64,000 bases of DNA from an uncultured Acidobacteriota bacterium. Its GTDB lineage: Bacteria; Acidobacteriota; Thermoanaerobaculia; UBA5066; Gp7-AA6. Made by a program: the position numbers and the translations under genes. The notes beneath the pieces are model-generated. The model was not told where the DNA came from. It worked only from the letters and a program-made list of their open reading frames with translations, and did not search any database. Shown piece after piece: positions 9,656 to 21,226 of this stretch. Where the stretch lies: positions 146,112-210,111 of the forward strand of contig CAVXTP010000017.1 in NCBI GenBank assembly GCA_963764715.1, read 5' to 3'. Each line of letters begins with the position of its first letter. The stretch's first letter is position 1.

Positions 9656-11013
9656 ATGGACGAATAGGCCTCAGGCCCGGGATTGATTGACGATCGAGAT
9701 GTCCCGATGCGGAGCCCGATGAGCAGCGTGAAAGCGGGAAACAGGCTCATCGTGATTCGGCGGAAGGCGCCGTCGATCGCATAGAGCGGGTTGAACGAGG
9801 ACACGGAAAAGGCGACAGCGTACAGGGCGAGTTGAGCAAGGAATACCAGCAGCAGCGGATCACCCTCGCTCCGTCGGGTCACCAGAAAGAACGTTACGAT
9901 CGCGAGCAAGGGCACGACCGCAGCTCGGGCTTCCACGCGGAGCATCCGTCCGACGACGAGCTCAAGAGATTCCAAGAGCTCTCTCCAACGATCAGGAGCG
10001 AACCGCCCGAAGTCGAAATCTCGCCGTGTCTGATTTCCGCGCACGACGTACAGCAACCCCCAGTGCACGAGCGGAACACCGACGAGAGCCAGCGTGCCCG
10101 GCCACCATCGTGACATTCGCGACCGCCGCAGATTCCACGCGATAGCGAGCCCGAGCAACACCGCGAAGAGTGTGCCTTCCTGCTTCAGCGAGGCACAAAA
10201 CAGCGCCGCCACGCCGAGCCGACCGACGGAGCCGGCGCCCGGCGATCGCAGGTAATCGACTGCGGCGGAGGTCGCAAGAACGAGGCCCATGGCGAGCGGG
10301 ATTTCCGCGGTCCCGGCGTTGACGGGCCGGTAGACAAAGAGGCACAACGACGCCAGGGTCACGGCCGCCGCGCCAGCAAGACCCGAGGCACGACGGGCAA
10401 GCAACCCGGACAGTGCGAGGAGCGTGGCGAGCTCCACGGCCGGGAACAGCGCGGCCAACGCCTGCGAGTTCCAGTCCCCGATGAAGAAACCGAGTGAAGC
10501 AAGAGAAAGCGGCACGAGGAGCGGGTATTCGCGGTGGGCGAAAAAGAGCGCCGGGTCATCGAAGAGCCGTCGCGGCACCTCCGACATGAGGAAGATCATC
10601 TTGCCCTTGTAGCCCCAGATCGCGAGGTAATCCGTCGACCACATGGGATCGGCCAGCGCACCGACCAGGAATGTGAACCAGGCAGTACCCGCGACGACTC
10701 CCAGGCCAAGCGCGAGCGCGCTACGCGGCGGCGCCGGGGACCGGATCGGAGCGCTGCCGTGCGGCCAGACGCTCCAGGCAATCACCGCGACCAGTGCCTC
10801 CAGAAACCAGATCGAGAACGCGCTGGGCCGAATCCGGACTGCGAAGTGCAAGAGGATGATCGTGGCTTGCAGCAGCAAACCGCTGGCCAGCGCCCACGCC
10901 GCGCGTTCGCGGGGCCCGAGGTCCCTCGTGATGCCTCGGTTGATCGACCCGCCGGCGGCCGCGGCGGTCGCGAGGCCGAAGACGACTTTCAGCAGCGCGG
11001 CGGCGAGGATCAT
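9652..11013 (-). CDS. Polytopic membrane protein, GT-C glycosyltransferase candidate
   Basis: TDYLAIWGYKGK, HREYPLLVP and LKQEG motifs with many TM helices. ATGA overlap with the upstream ORF. Confidence 0.65.
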   Translation of the reverse strand: MILAAALLKVVFGLATAAAAGGSINRGITRDLGPRERAAWALASGLLLQATIILLHFAVRIRPSAFSIWFLEALVAVIAWSVWPHGSAPIRSPAPPRSALALGLGVVAGTAWFTFLVGALADPMWSTDYLAIWGYKGKMIFLMSEVPRRLFDDPALFFAHREYPLLVPLSLASLGFFIGDWNSQALAALFPAVELATLLALSGLLARRASGLAGAAAVTLASLCLFVYRPVNAGTAEIPLAMGLVLATSAAVDYLRSPGAGSVGRLGVAALFCASLKQEGTLFAVLLGLAIAWNLRRSRMSRWWPGTLALVGVPLVHWGLLYVVRGNQTRRDFDFGRFAPDRWRELLESLELVVGRMLRVEARAAVVPLLAIVTFFLVTRRSEGDPLLLVFLAQLALYAVAFSVSSFNPLYAIDGAFRRITMSLFPAFTLLIGLRIGTSRSSINPGPEAYSSI

Positions 11014-11444
11014 CTTCGGCAGAGCTCGCCGGGTCCCCGGATTAGCCCCGACGAAACCGCGCACGCCGTCGCTCGAAATCCGGCGAGGTAGTCCGCCTCG
11101 TCTCTGAGTCCTTCGTCGATGACCCTGCGGGGCGCGAGCTGATAGAGGGCCTGGTAACGGTACACATCCGGTCGTTTCGGGACAAACAGGGCGATCGTGG
11201 CGTCGTTCGGGGTCAACCGTTTCACTTCGCCCAGAAAGTCGGCGTAGCCAGGATCGAACCAGAAGCCCTTGCTCTCGCGAAGCGAGATCGAATCTCCCGA
11301 CAGCGCTTTCTCTAGCGACCTCAGAGAGGCCCTTGTTTCCGACAATCTCCAGGGACTTGCGAGACACGCGCTGAGGACGAGGAGCGAAGCGGTCTCAAGA
11401 CCTCGGCGCAGCCCGACTAGGGCCCGGGGGGGGGGGGGCGACAT
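11010..11444 (-). CDS. Small membrane-anchored hypothetical protein with a 5' poly-C13 tract
   Basis: N-terminal hydrophobic helix, YQLAPRRV motif, coupled to the downstream GT-C gene. Confidence 0.55.
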   Translation of the reverse strand: MSPPPPRALVGLRRGLETASLLVLSACLASPWRLSETRASLRSLEKALSGDSISLRESKGFWFDPGYADFLGEVKRLTPNDATIALFVPKRPDVYRYQALYQLAPRRVIDEGLRDEADYLAGFRATACAVSSGLIRGPGELCRR

Positions 11445-11526
11445 TCAATAACAGTATTACGGAGCTCGGGGCGGCGACGCTCGGCTCAATAGGGCCGAAT
11501 CAGGTTCGCCGAGACGTTCGACGCCT

Positions 11527-12162
11527 CTAGGGCGCGGCGACGCGGTTGCGCAGGACGCCGACCCGCTCGATCTCGACTTCGACGACGTCGCCCGGGGAGA
11601 GCGGTCCGACGCCGGCGGGCGTGCCGGTCAGGATGAGGTCGCCCGGCTCGAGCGTCATCATCCGGGAGATGTAGGCGACGAGGAAAGCCGGCGAGAACAC
11701 CATCGCCGACGTCCGCGAGGATTGCTTCACGACGCCGTTGTGGCGCGTCTCGATCGCGAGATCCGACGGGTCGACGCCCGAGACGATCTCCGGACCGACC
11801 GGACAGAACGTGTCGAACGACTTCGAGCGCGAGAACTGCTTGTCCTTCTTCTGGAGGTCGCGCGCCGTGACGTCGTTGGCGCAGCAGACGCCGGCGAGGG
11901 CCTCGAGCCAGCGCTCCTGCGGCCAGGACTTGATGCGGCGGCCGATGACGAGGGCGAGCTCGCCCTCGTAGTCGACGCGCTCCGACTCCGGCGGGAGGAC
12001 GATGTCCCCGCCGCCGAAGACGAGCGCCGACGGCGCCTTGAGAAAGAGCAACGGCTCGTCCTCGGGCGCGGCGCTTCCGAACTCGGCCGCGTGCTCGCGG
12101 TAGTTCTTGCCGACGGCGACGATCTTGGACGGGAAGGGCGGCGCGCCGTGAGAGCCGAACAC
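11527..12162 (-). CDS. Fumarylacetoacetate hydrolase family protein
   Basis: VGKNYREH, FLKAPS, DYEGEL, NDVTARD, KSFDTFCP, TGTPAGVG. Confidence 0.92.
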   Translation of the reverse strand: MFGSHGAPPFPSKIVAVGKNYREHAAEFGSAAPEDEPLLFLKAPSALVFGGGDIVLPPESERVDYEGELALVIGRRIKSWPQERWLEALAGVCCANDVTARDLQKKDKQFSRSKSFDTFCPVGPEIVSGVDPSDLAIETRHNGVVKQSSRTSAMVFSPAFLVAYISRMMTLEPGDLILTGTPAGVGPLSPGDVVEVEIERVGVLRNRVAAP

Positions 12163-12174
12163 CGCGATCGGACT

Positions 12175-12396
12175 CTAGCGCCCGACCTGATAGACGGCGG
12201 GCTTGTAGCGCGGCGCCGGGACCGGCTTTCCGGCGGAGCGCGCCGCCTCGATCCAGGCCTCCCTGGCCCGCTCGACCTCCGCCAACGCCTCCTGCGGCGT
12301 CGGGCCGAGGGCGGAACAAGCCTCGAGGTCGGGGATGTCGGCCACGTAGGCGTGATCCTCGTCGCTGTAGAAGATGTTGATGTGGTAGTCGGTCAC
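12175..12396 (-). CDS. hicB: HicB-family antitoxin
   Basis: YVADIPDLEACSALGPTPQEAL...G.PVPAP. Confidence 0.88.
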   Translation of the reverse strand: MTDYHINIFYSDEDHAYVADIPDLEACSALGPTPQEALAEVERAREAWIEAARSAGKPVPAPRYKPAVYQVGR

Positions 12397-12644
12397 GGGC
12401 GAGGCTCCAGCTTCAAATTATAGCGTTCGACGAGACGAAGAAACTGGCGCACCTGGTAGGGCTTGGCCTCTCCGCCGACCTCCTGGATGTTGATGAGCTC
12501 GGCGAGCCCCGGGTGGCTGAAGATGTGGTGGCTCCCCGCCGTCCGAACGAGAGCGAATCTCATGGTCTCGAGCAAGCGACGCAGGTCGGGAAATGCGACG
12601 TTCTGAACCGCGCCGCCGGAGATTCTCCGAAGATAGGGCCTCAG
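12393..12644 (-). CDS. hicA: HicA-family toxin (start uncertain: in-frame CTG 12644 or TTG 12575)
   Basis: GSHHIFSHP and AKPYQVRQF motifs. HicA-like sequence extends upstream to LRRISGGAVQNVAF. Confidence 0.8.
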   Translation of the reverse strand: MRPYLRRISGGAVQNVAFPDLRRLLETMRFALVRTAGSHHIFSHPGLAELINIQEVGGEAKPYQVRQFLRLVERYNLKLEPRP

Positions 12645-12661
12645 GTTTCAGCTTCTCCCCC

Positions 12662-13492
12662 TCACGCCTGCCAGGCCTCTTCGAGGAGCTCGCCGGCGTA
12701 GACCTCGCGCGCGTCGCCCGTCAGGCGCACGCCCGTGAAATTGTCCTTCTCGTCCGAGAACTCGACGACGAGGTCCACACCGCTCTTCGTCTCGCAAACG
12801 ACGGGCGAAACGGCGAGGCCCTGGCGGCCGGCGACGATCGCCGCGGCGACGACACCCGAGCCGCACGAGAGCGTTTCGCCCTCGACGCCCCGCTCCCAGG
12901 TCCGGACCTGGATGCGGTTGTCCTTGCCCGCGCGCACGAAGTTGGCGTTGGCGCCCTCGGGCATGGCGGGATGGTGCCGGACGAGCGGCCCCAGCCGCTC
13001 GATGTCCATCTTCGAGAGGTCTCCGCGCATGAAGACCACGAGGTGCGGCACGCCGATCTTCATGGGGATCGCCGTGGGAGGAAGGCCCTTTCCGGAGATG
13101 GGAACGGGATCCGTGGGCGCCGGAACGGTCGGGAGGGCGAGCGTCACGCTGTCTCCTTCGACCCGGGCGGCGATCGGGCCCCAGCCCGTCTCGAGAACGA
13201 GGCTCGGGCCCGAGGCGAGGCCGTGTCGAACCGCATAGCGCGCCGCGCACCGGGTGCCGTTGGCGCAGAACGTGGCGGGGCCGCCGTCGGAGTTGTAGTA
13301 GTCGAGGCGGACCCGTCCGGGGCCGTCCGGCGAAAGAAAGAGCGCCCCGTCGGCGCCGACGGAAAGCCCCCGGCGGCAGACGAGCGCGAGGCGCTGGCGG
13401 GCCCCTTCCGAGAGCGACCGGCCGTCAGCCTCGAAAACGAGGAAGTCGTTTCCGCCGCCGGCCATCTTGATGAATTTCGCGGGCAGGGACAT
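12662..13492 (-). CDS. dapF: Diaminopimelate epimerase
   Basis: GNDF, CANGTRC, VPH, ERGVEGETLSCGSG. Confidence 0.93.
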   Translation of the reverse strand: MSLPAKFIKMAGGGNDFLVFEADGRSLSEGARQRLALVCRRGLSVGADGALFLSPDGPGRVRLDYYNSDGGPATFCANGTRCAARYAVRHGLASGPSLVLETGWGPIAARVEGDSVTLALPTVPAPTDPVPISGKGLPPTAIPMKIGVPHLVVFMRGDLSKMDIERLGPLVRHHPAMPEGANANFVRAGKDNRIQVRTWERGVEGETLSCGSGVVAAAIVAGRQGLAVSPVVCETKSGVDLVVEFSDEKDNFTGVRLTGDAREVYAGELLEEAWQA

Positions 13493-13585
13493 GGGAGCGG
13501 GAGTGTAAACGATGCGCGAAGGGTTTCGGCGGCCTGTTGATTGCCGGCCTTCCGGGGTCCCCGGCGACCGAAGCCGCTCAAACCG

Positions 13586-14784
13586 TCAGAACGGCTCGGC
13601 CACGGCTCGCGGGGAGGGGGCGCTCTGGTTGCCGGCGCGGTCGACCGCGCGGACCGTATAGACGTATTTCCTGCCGGGCCGCGCGGCGAGGTCGTTGAAG
13701 TAGGGGTCGAGGATGGGCTCCTTCGTCAGCTGCACCGGCGGCCCGCCGGCGTCCGACCGGAACACGAGGTAGCCGGCGAGGTCGGGCGAATCGACCGGGT
13801 CCCACAGGAGACGGACGAGGTTGCCTTCCGAGAGCGCGTCGACGCGCGTGGGCGACCTGGGGGGATAGATGTCGCGCGGCTCCGCGACGATCTCGTCGGC
13901 CGGCAGGCCCTCGACCTTCGGATTTTTCGCGAGCACGGCCCGCACGGTGTAGGCGAGCGGGACCCCGTATGGGGCCGTCAGGTCGACGAAGGACGTCCCG
14001 AGAACCGGGGTCGCCGTGAGGGGCGCCTCGTACGCTTCCTGCGCCAGCGGACGCCGGTAGACGCGGTACCCGCCGATCTCGACCGGCTGCTGCAGGACGT
14101 TCTTCGTCGGCGCGGTCCATTCGAGGCAGACGCGCCCTTCCTCGAGAAGCGGCGGCATGAGCTCGGGCGCCTGCGGGGCGATCTCGGGGTCGAGGACGAC
14201 GATGTTCGACAGGGGGCTGCGCTCGCCGTTCTTCCTCACCGAGACGACGGCGTAAGCCAGCGGCGAAGGGCCCTTTTCCTGCGTGAAGAGCGTCCGGATC
14301 GAATCGCGATAGACGACCGAGGCGCCCCGCGTGGCTTCGGCGATCGCGGCAAGATCGAGGCCCGCCACGAGGCCCGCGTCCCGGTAGAAGGCTTCCTCGG
14401 CCAGGCGCACGTTCGTCGCCGTCCGTCGCGCGGTCGTTCCGAGGCCGCGCAGCTCGCCCGTCGATCCCGCCGACGGCGGCGCCGGCGCCGGGCCGGCCGC
14501 CGCGCGCGGGGGCGCCGTCAGGGACGCCGACGGATTGACGACCCGGTACACCTCGATCGCGCCGAGGTCCGTCAGCGGGGCGCCGGTCTGGAGCCGGTCC
14601 GGGAACGTGAACTTCAGGACGGCGTCGTCACCCTCCTGCTCGACGGCGAGGTCCTTGACGGCGTTGGGCCCGCGCGGCAGCGGAGGCTGCGGATCGCCCT
14701 TCTTGCCGCAGGCGAGGAGGGTGAGGGAAATTCCGAAGGCGAGAACCCGGGTGGCCGTCCGCCGTCCGCCGTCCGCCGTCCGGC

Positions 14785-14788
<4 letters not shown>
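13586..14788 (-). CDS. Lipoprotein with fibronectin type III-like domains
   Basis: Lipobox [15 protein letters not shown]3-type W...GY.VYR and [13 protein letters not shown]. Confidence 0.8.
14755..14781. repeat. Heptamer tandem repeat (CCGTCCG)n in the lipoprotein N-terminus
   Basis: ccgtccgccgtccgccgtccgccgtcc, translated as TADGGRRTA. Confidence 0.7.
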
Positions 14789-16142
<1,354 letters not shown>

Positions 16143-16143
<1 letters not shown>

Positions 16144-16679
16144 CAAAGCTCCTCGAGCGTGATGTGGTCGTTGGTGTAGATGTCGATCTGCGAGGCGACG
16201 AGCAGGGACTCGCGCGCGACGTCCGAGGCCGACATGTCCGGCCGGTGCTTGAGCAGCGCGCGCGCCGCGGCGAGGGCGTAGGCGCCGCCCGAGCCGATCG
16301 CCAGGACTCCCTCCTCGGGCGAGATCAGGTCGCCGGTGCCGGAGATCAGCAGGGAACTCTGGCGGTCCGCGACGATCAGAAGCGCCTCGAGCTGGCGGAG
16401 CATCTTGTCCGTCCGCCAGTCCTTGGCGAGCTCGATCGCCGAGCGCTCGAGGTTGCCGCGGTGCTCGTCGAGCTTGGCCTCGAAGCGCGAGAAAAGCGCG
16501 AACGCGTCGGCCGAAGATCCGGCGAATCCGGCGATGACGGAGCCCCCCGCGAGCCGGCGGATCTTCGCCGCCGTCTGCTTCATGACGGTGGTTCCGAGGG
16601 TCACCTGGCCGTCCGAGGCCATCGCCACTTTCCCGTCCCGGCGCACGCACAGGACGGTCGTGGAATGCCACTTTTGCAT
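16143..16679 (-). CDS. hslV: ATP-dependent protease subunit HslV
   Basis: N-terminal [27 protein letters not shown]. Confidence 0.97.
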
Positions 16680-16693
16680 CGGAAGGAGGATAC

Positions 16694-16770
16694 AGCAGGA
16701 GGCAGACGGCAGGAGGCGGGAGGCAGGGAACGGATCCGGTCCTGCCTACTGCTTCCTGCCTCCTGCCTCC
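16694..16770. repeat. Inverted heptamer arrays (GGCAGGA)n / (CCTGCCT)n
   Basis: About five copies on the left and four complementary copies on the right, around CGGATCCG. Confidence 0.8.
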
Positions 16771-18002
16771 TTGTCACCGAGCACCTTGATCGCCGCCTCG
16801 ATGATCGAGTCTTCCTGTCCCTCACCCGCGCCCGGCCGGTCCGCCACCGTCACGTCCGGATCGACGCCCCGACCCTCGTAGCTCTTCCCGTCCAGGCTCT
16901 CGATCGAGCGCTCGGAGAACCAGAGTGTCGAGCCGTCGGAGAGCCGCACGGCGGAGGCGCCGCCGCTCGCCATCCCGGCAGTCGTCTCGCCGACGATCGG
17001 TCCGATCGAGTGCGCGCGGAACTTCAGGGCGAGCGCCTCGGCGTTCGACGCGGTCCCCGAGTTCGTCAGGAGCGCGACGGGTAGGGGCTTGTATTCCGGC
17101 GGCACCAGGCGCTTCGCGTCGCGGTCGACGACGTAGTAGTCGGCCGTGTCCCAGCGGCCACGCAGGAAGGTCGCCAGGATGTTGGGGTCGTAGCCGCCGC
17201 TGTTGCCGCGCACGTCGAGGAGAAATCCGGCGATCGCCGGCCAGTCCGAGAGGCCCGCGCGCCCCTGCGCCGCGAGCGAGCGGTCCGAGAGCATGTCGAC
17301 GACGACGAGCGCGGTCTCGGCGCTCATGCCCCAGAGCCGCGCGTAGCCCCAGGCCTTGCCGCCGCGCCGGATGACCTTCGCGCTCTTCCAGGCGAGCGCG
17401 TCGCCCGCTTCCTCGGGCGTCCGGACGAGACGGTCGGTCCGCGGCGCTTCGCCCGGCCGCTGCCACGAGACGCTGACCGCGGAGCCGGCCGGCCCTTCGA
17501 AGACGAGGAAGAGGTCGCGGAAGTTGACGCGGCCGGCGCCGTACGGGCGGCCGTCGACCGAGAGGATGCGGTCGCCGATCCGAAGACCCGCGCGCTCGGC
17601 GGAGCTCCCGGGGACGACGCCCTTGACGGCATAGCCGCCGGAGTCCTGCCCGATCCGCAGCCCCGCCGTCGCCCAGGCGCGCTCGGGCAGCCGGCCCGTC
17701 GGCACGCGGAACGTGTGCGAGTCGTTCAGCGTCGCGAGCAGGCGGTCGTAGATCGCGTCCTGGTCGGCTTGCGACGGCGCCGGCGACGCCGCGAGCTCCG
17801 AGGCCGCCCTCGCGACCGCCGGGCTCCAGTCGACGCCCTTGAGCTTCGGGTCGTAGAAGCGCTCGCGGATCGTCCGGTCGATCTCGGCGAGGACGGGAGG
17901 CCGCGCGGCCGGCGCGGGCTGCCCTTCCGCCGGACCGCTCACGAGCAGCCCGAGGACGAGGCCGCCGGCGCCGAGCGCCCGGCTAAGCCTTCGGATGCGC
18001 AT
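16746..18002 (-). CDS. S41 family peptidase with PDZ domain
   Basis: Signal peptide, [39 protein letters not shown]. Confidence 0.9.
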   Translation of the reverse strand: MRIRRLSRALGAGGLVLGLLVSGPAEGQPAPAARPPVLAEIDRTIRERFYDPKLKGVDWSPAVARAASELAASPAPSQADQDAIYDRLLATLNDSHTFRVPTGRLPERAWATAGLRIGQDSGGYAVKGVVPGSSAERAGLRIGDRILSVDGRPYGAGRVNFRDLFLVFEGPAGSAVSVSWQRPGEAPRTDRLVRTPEEAGDALAWKSAKVIRRGGKAWGYARLWGMSAETALVVVDMLSDRSLAAQGRAGLSDWPAIAGFLLDVRGNSGGYDPNILATFLRGRWDTADYYVVDRDAKRLVPPEYKPLPVALLTNSGTASNAEALALKFRAHSIGPIVGETTAGMASGGASAVRLSDGSTLWFSERSIESLDGKSYEGRGVDPDVTVADRPGAGEGQEDSIIEAAIKVLGDKEAGGRKQ

Positions 18003-18906
18003 TCCGGTACACCTCGGCGAGCCTCGCGGCGTCCAGGTGCGTGTACTTCTGAGTCGTCGAGAGCGAGGCGTGGCCCAGGAGCTCCTGGATCGCGCGCAGA
18101 TCCGCGCCGGCCTGCAGCAGGTGCGTGGCGAACGTGTGTCGCAGCGCGTGCGGCGAGATCTCCTCGGGCAGCCCGGCCGCGCGGAGCCGCCGCTTCAGAA
18201 GCCGCGCCATCGAGCGCGGAGTCAGGCGCCCGCCGCGGGCGTTGACGAAGAGGGGCCGGGCGCGGCCGGCGTCGGGGGCGCGGTGGCGCAGCGCGTCGCG
18301 CGAGGGAAGGTACTCGCGCAGCGCCATGTCGGCCGCGTCGCCGAAGGGCACGATGCGCTGGCGGCTCCCCTTCCCCGTGACGCGGAGGAGCCGCGCGCCG
18401 AAGTCGACGTCCTCGAGGTCGAGACCCGCCACCTCCGAGACGCGCAGGCCCGTGGCGTAGAGGAGCTCGAAGAGCGCGCGCTCGCGCTCGGGCACGAAGG
18501 TCTCGTCCTCGTCGGCGGCGAGGAGCTTCTCCGTATCGGGCAGCGTCATCGCTCGCGGGAGCGCCTTCGGCACCCGCGGCGACGGGAGGCCTCGCGCCGG
18601 GTTCTTCTCGAGATGGGCCTCGCGGCAGGCCCACCGGAAGAAAGAGCGCAGCGTCGACAGGTGCCGGGCGAGCGACCGGTTCACGAGGCCGTCCCGGTGG
18701 AGGTGGGCGAGGTAGGACCGCACGGCGAGCGTGTCGACCCTGGAGAGAGGGGTCTTCGCGGCCGGCTGGTTGGCGAACTCGTTCTCCCAGAAGGCGACGA
18801 ACCGCGCCAGGTCTTTTCCGTAGGCCTCGACCGTCCGGGGCGAGAAGCGTCGCTCGTCGGCCACGTAGCTCGCAAAGCCGTCGATCGCCCGCGAAAGCGA
18901 GATCAC
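17983..18906 (-). CDS. xerC: Tyrosine recombinase XerC
   Basis: GLRVSE, GKG, HALRHTFATH, LGH, TQKY. Position upstream of hslVU. Confidence 0.9.
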   Translation of the reverse strand: MISLSRAIDGFASYVADERRFSPRTVEAYGKDLARFVAFWENEFANQPAAKTPLSRVDTLAVRSYLAHLHRDGLVNRSLARHLSTLRSFFRWACREAHLEKNPARGLPSPRVPKALPRAMTLPDTEKLLAADEDETFVPERERALFELLYATGLRVSEVAGLDLEDVDFGARLLRVTGKGSRQRIVPFGDAADMALREYLPSRDALRHRAPDAGRARPLFVNARGGRLTPRSMARLLKRRLRAAGLPEEISPHALRHTFATHLLQAGADLRAIQELLGHASLSTTQKYTHLDAARLAEVYRNAHPKA

Positions 18907-18954
18907 GCCCGGACAGTGTAGCGCGCCGGAACGCCGGCCTTAGAATCCCTCGCC

Positions 18955-20223
18955 ATGGAACTGCGACCGTTTCGCTCGATCCGGTTCTCGCCGCGCGTGA
19001 TCCGCGAGCGGGGGCTCTCCCAGGTCTTCGCACCCCCCTACGACCAGATCTCTCCGGAGCTCCAGGACCGTCTCTACGCGCAGGCGCCCGAGAACATCGT
19101 GCGCATCACGTACCCGAAGAAGGACGGCGACCCGTACGCCGAGGCCGCGAAGACGCAGGCCGAGTGGCTCGCGTCCGGGATCCTCGAGAAGGAGCGCCGT
19201 CCCGCGCTCTGGAACTACCGCCAGACGTTCGCCGAAGGCGGGAAGACCTACGTCCGCGAGGCGCTCGTCGGCCTCGTCCGCCTCGAGGAGTACGAGGGGG
19301 GATCGATCCGTCCGCACGAGCGGACGCTCGCCAAGCCGAAAGCGGACCGGCTCGCCCTGCTGTCGGCGACGAAGGCGGACCTGGAGCTGATCTTCCTTTT
19401 GACGCGCGCTCCCCTTTCGGCGGCGCTCGACACGCGGCGCACGCCGAACCTCTCGGCCGAGAGCCCGGACGGCGTGCGCCACGACGCCTTCCGCATCTCG
19501 GACTACGCCGCGCACGTCGACCTCCAGGGCCTCGTCAAGAACGCCGAGTCGATCATCGCCGACGGCCATCACCGCTACGAGACGGCGCTGGCCTTCTCGA
19601 AGGACCCGGCCGCGGAGAAGCTCCCCGGCGCGAAGTACAAGCTCTGCGCGATCGTCGACATGGCCTCGCCCGGCGTGATCGTGCGGCCGATCCACCGGCT
19701 CCTCTTCGGCATGACGGACTTCCGGCCGGTCCGCACGCTGCACGCCGCACGCGATTACTTCGAGCTCAAGGAGTTCGACTCGCCGGTGGCGGCGCTCGCC
19801 GCCCTCGAAGCCCATGCCCGGCGGTTTCCGGCGTTCGTCCTCTACGCCCCGCCGTCGAAGGCCGTGCTGATGACGCTCAAGGAGAAGCCCGAGACGCTGC
19901 CGTGGCCCGAGGGCCGCTCGGAGGAGTGGAAGGCGCTCGACGTCGCGGCCCTGGAGGTGGCGTTCTTCGACAAGCTGCTCGGCATCCGCACCGACGCGAT
20001 CGCGCAAGGCGAGCGGATCTCGTTCACCTCCGACGCCGCGGCCGCGATCGCCGCCGTCGACGGCGCAAAGGCGCAGGCCGCCATCCTGATGCGGCCGACG
20101 ACGGTCTCCGACGTCGAGGCGGTCGTGGGCTCGGGCGACCGCCTGCCGCAGAAGTCGACGCACTTCTTTCCGAAGATGTACTCGGGCCTTTTCGGCGTAT
20201 CCCTCGAGGACGCGGTGTATTAG
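18955..20223 (+). CDS. DUF1015 family protein
   Basis: PPYD, PHERT, ADGHHRYETA, PQKSTHFFPK. Confidence 0.9.
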   Translation: MELRPFRSIRFSPRVIRERGLSQVFAPPYDQISPELQDRLYAQAPENIVRITYPKKDGDPYAEAAKTQAEWLASGILEKERRPALWNYRQTFAEGGKTYVREALVGLVRLEEYEGGSIRPHERTLAKPKADRLALLSATKADLELIFLLTRAPLSAALDTRRTPNLSAESPDGVRHDAFRISDYAAHVDLQGLVKNAESIIADGHHRYETALAFSKDPAAEKLPGAKYKLCAIVDMASPGVIVRPIHRLLFGMTDFRPVRTLHAARDYFELKEFDSPVAALAALEAHARRFPAFVLYAPPSKAVLMTLKEKPETLPWPEGRSEEWKALDVAALEVAFFDKLLGIRTDAIAQGERISFTSDAAAAIAAVDGAKAQAAILMRPTTVSDVEAVVGSGDRLPQKSTHFFPKMYSGLFGVSLEDAVY

Positions 20224-20226
20224 ATG

Positions 20227-20318
20227 GGGGTCAGGTCTTCATTTTTCGGATAATCACGGCGAACTCGGGCCGGCAAGAAGCGCCCGCGCAGAAATCCGAA
20301 AAATGAAGATCTGACCCC
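20227..20318. repeat. 92-bp element with 24-bp terminal inverted repeats (REP/MITE-like)
   Basis: GGGGTCAGGTCTTCATTTTTCGGA vs reverse complement GGGGTCAGATCTTCATTTTTCGGA (23/24). Confidence 0.8.
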
Positions 20319-20329
20319 GTAAGAAGTCG

Positions 20330-21142
20330 ATGACAGTCAAGGAGTTGACCTCTCGCGCGGCAGAGGCGTTGGCGCAGGGGCGCGCGGCGGACGCCGTCGC
20401 GGCGTGCGAGGAGGCGCTGGCGCTCGAGCCCGACTGCCTTCCCGCCCACGTCTGCATGGCGAGGGCGAAGCTTCCGGGCGACGACTACCTCGCGCACCTG
20501 GCGCGATTCCACGAGGCGCTCGCGCCGCGCGTGTACCTCGAGATCGGCGTCGACGCGGGGCGCACGCTCTCGCTCGCCCGGCCGCCGACGCTCGCCCTCG
20601 GCGTCGATCCGACCGCGAAGGAAGGCTTCCCCTTCGTTGCGCCGACGCGTCTCTTTCCGGTCGAGAGCGACGTCTTCTTCTCGTCCGGGCAGGCCGCCGA
20701 AGCGCTCGCCGGCCGGCCGGTCGATCTCGCCTTCGTCGACGGCCTTCATCTCTTCGAGCAGGCCCTGCGCGACTTCATCCACGTCGAACGCCGCGCTGCG
20801 CCGGAGTCCGTCGTCCTCTTCCACGACTGCCTGCCCCTGACGCCGGCGACCGCCGCGCGCAACCGCACGACGGGATTCTGGTCCGGCGACGTGTGGAAAA
20901 TCGTTCCGATCCTCCGGCGCCTGCGGCCGGACCTGACCGTGTTCCTGATCCCCGCCTACCCGACGGGGCTCCTCGCCGTGACCCGCCTCGATCCCGCATC
21001 GCGGGCCCTCGAAGAGGGCCGTGCCGCCGCGGTCGAGGAGTGGCGCGAAAAAGACTGGCGCGGCGGGCCCGATGACCCGCCGCTCCCGATCATTCCCAAC
21101 CGCTGGGAGGACGTGCGCGCGCGGCTCGGGCGGCGCGGCTGA
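20330..21142 (+). CDS. Class I SAM-dependent methyltransferase (Methyltransf_24-like) with an N-terminal TPR-like helix pair
   Basis: YLEIGV, FVDGLHLFEQ, HDC, WSGDVWK. Confidence 0.8.
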   Translation: MTVKELTSRAAEALAQGRAADAVAACEEALALEPDCLPAHVCMARAKLPGDDYLAHLARFHEALAPRVYLEIGVDAGRTLSLARPPTLALGVDPTAKEGFPFVAPTRLFPVESDVFFSSGQAAEALAGRPVDLAFVDGLHLFEQALRDFIHVERRAAPESVVLFHDCLPLTPATAARNRTTGFWSGDVWKIVPILRRLRPDLTVFLIPAYPTGLLAVTRLDPASRALEEGRAAAVEEWREKDWRGGPDDPPLPIIPNRWEDVRARLGRRG

Positions 21143-21226
21143 GGAAGGGCGGGGACAGTCCGACCACCAGCGAGTGACCCCCGGCAGTAGGAGACGCCGT
21201 CCGAAGGACGGCGGCCACCCCCGCCC

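Noticed and set aside
17983-18906. Tyrosine recombinase as a prophage or island integrase
   Set aside because: Size, motifs and position before hslVU fit housekeeping XerC. No att sites or phage genes seen.
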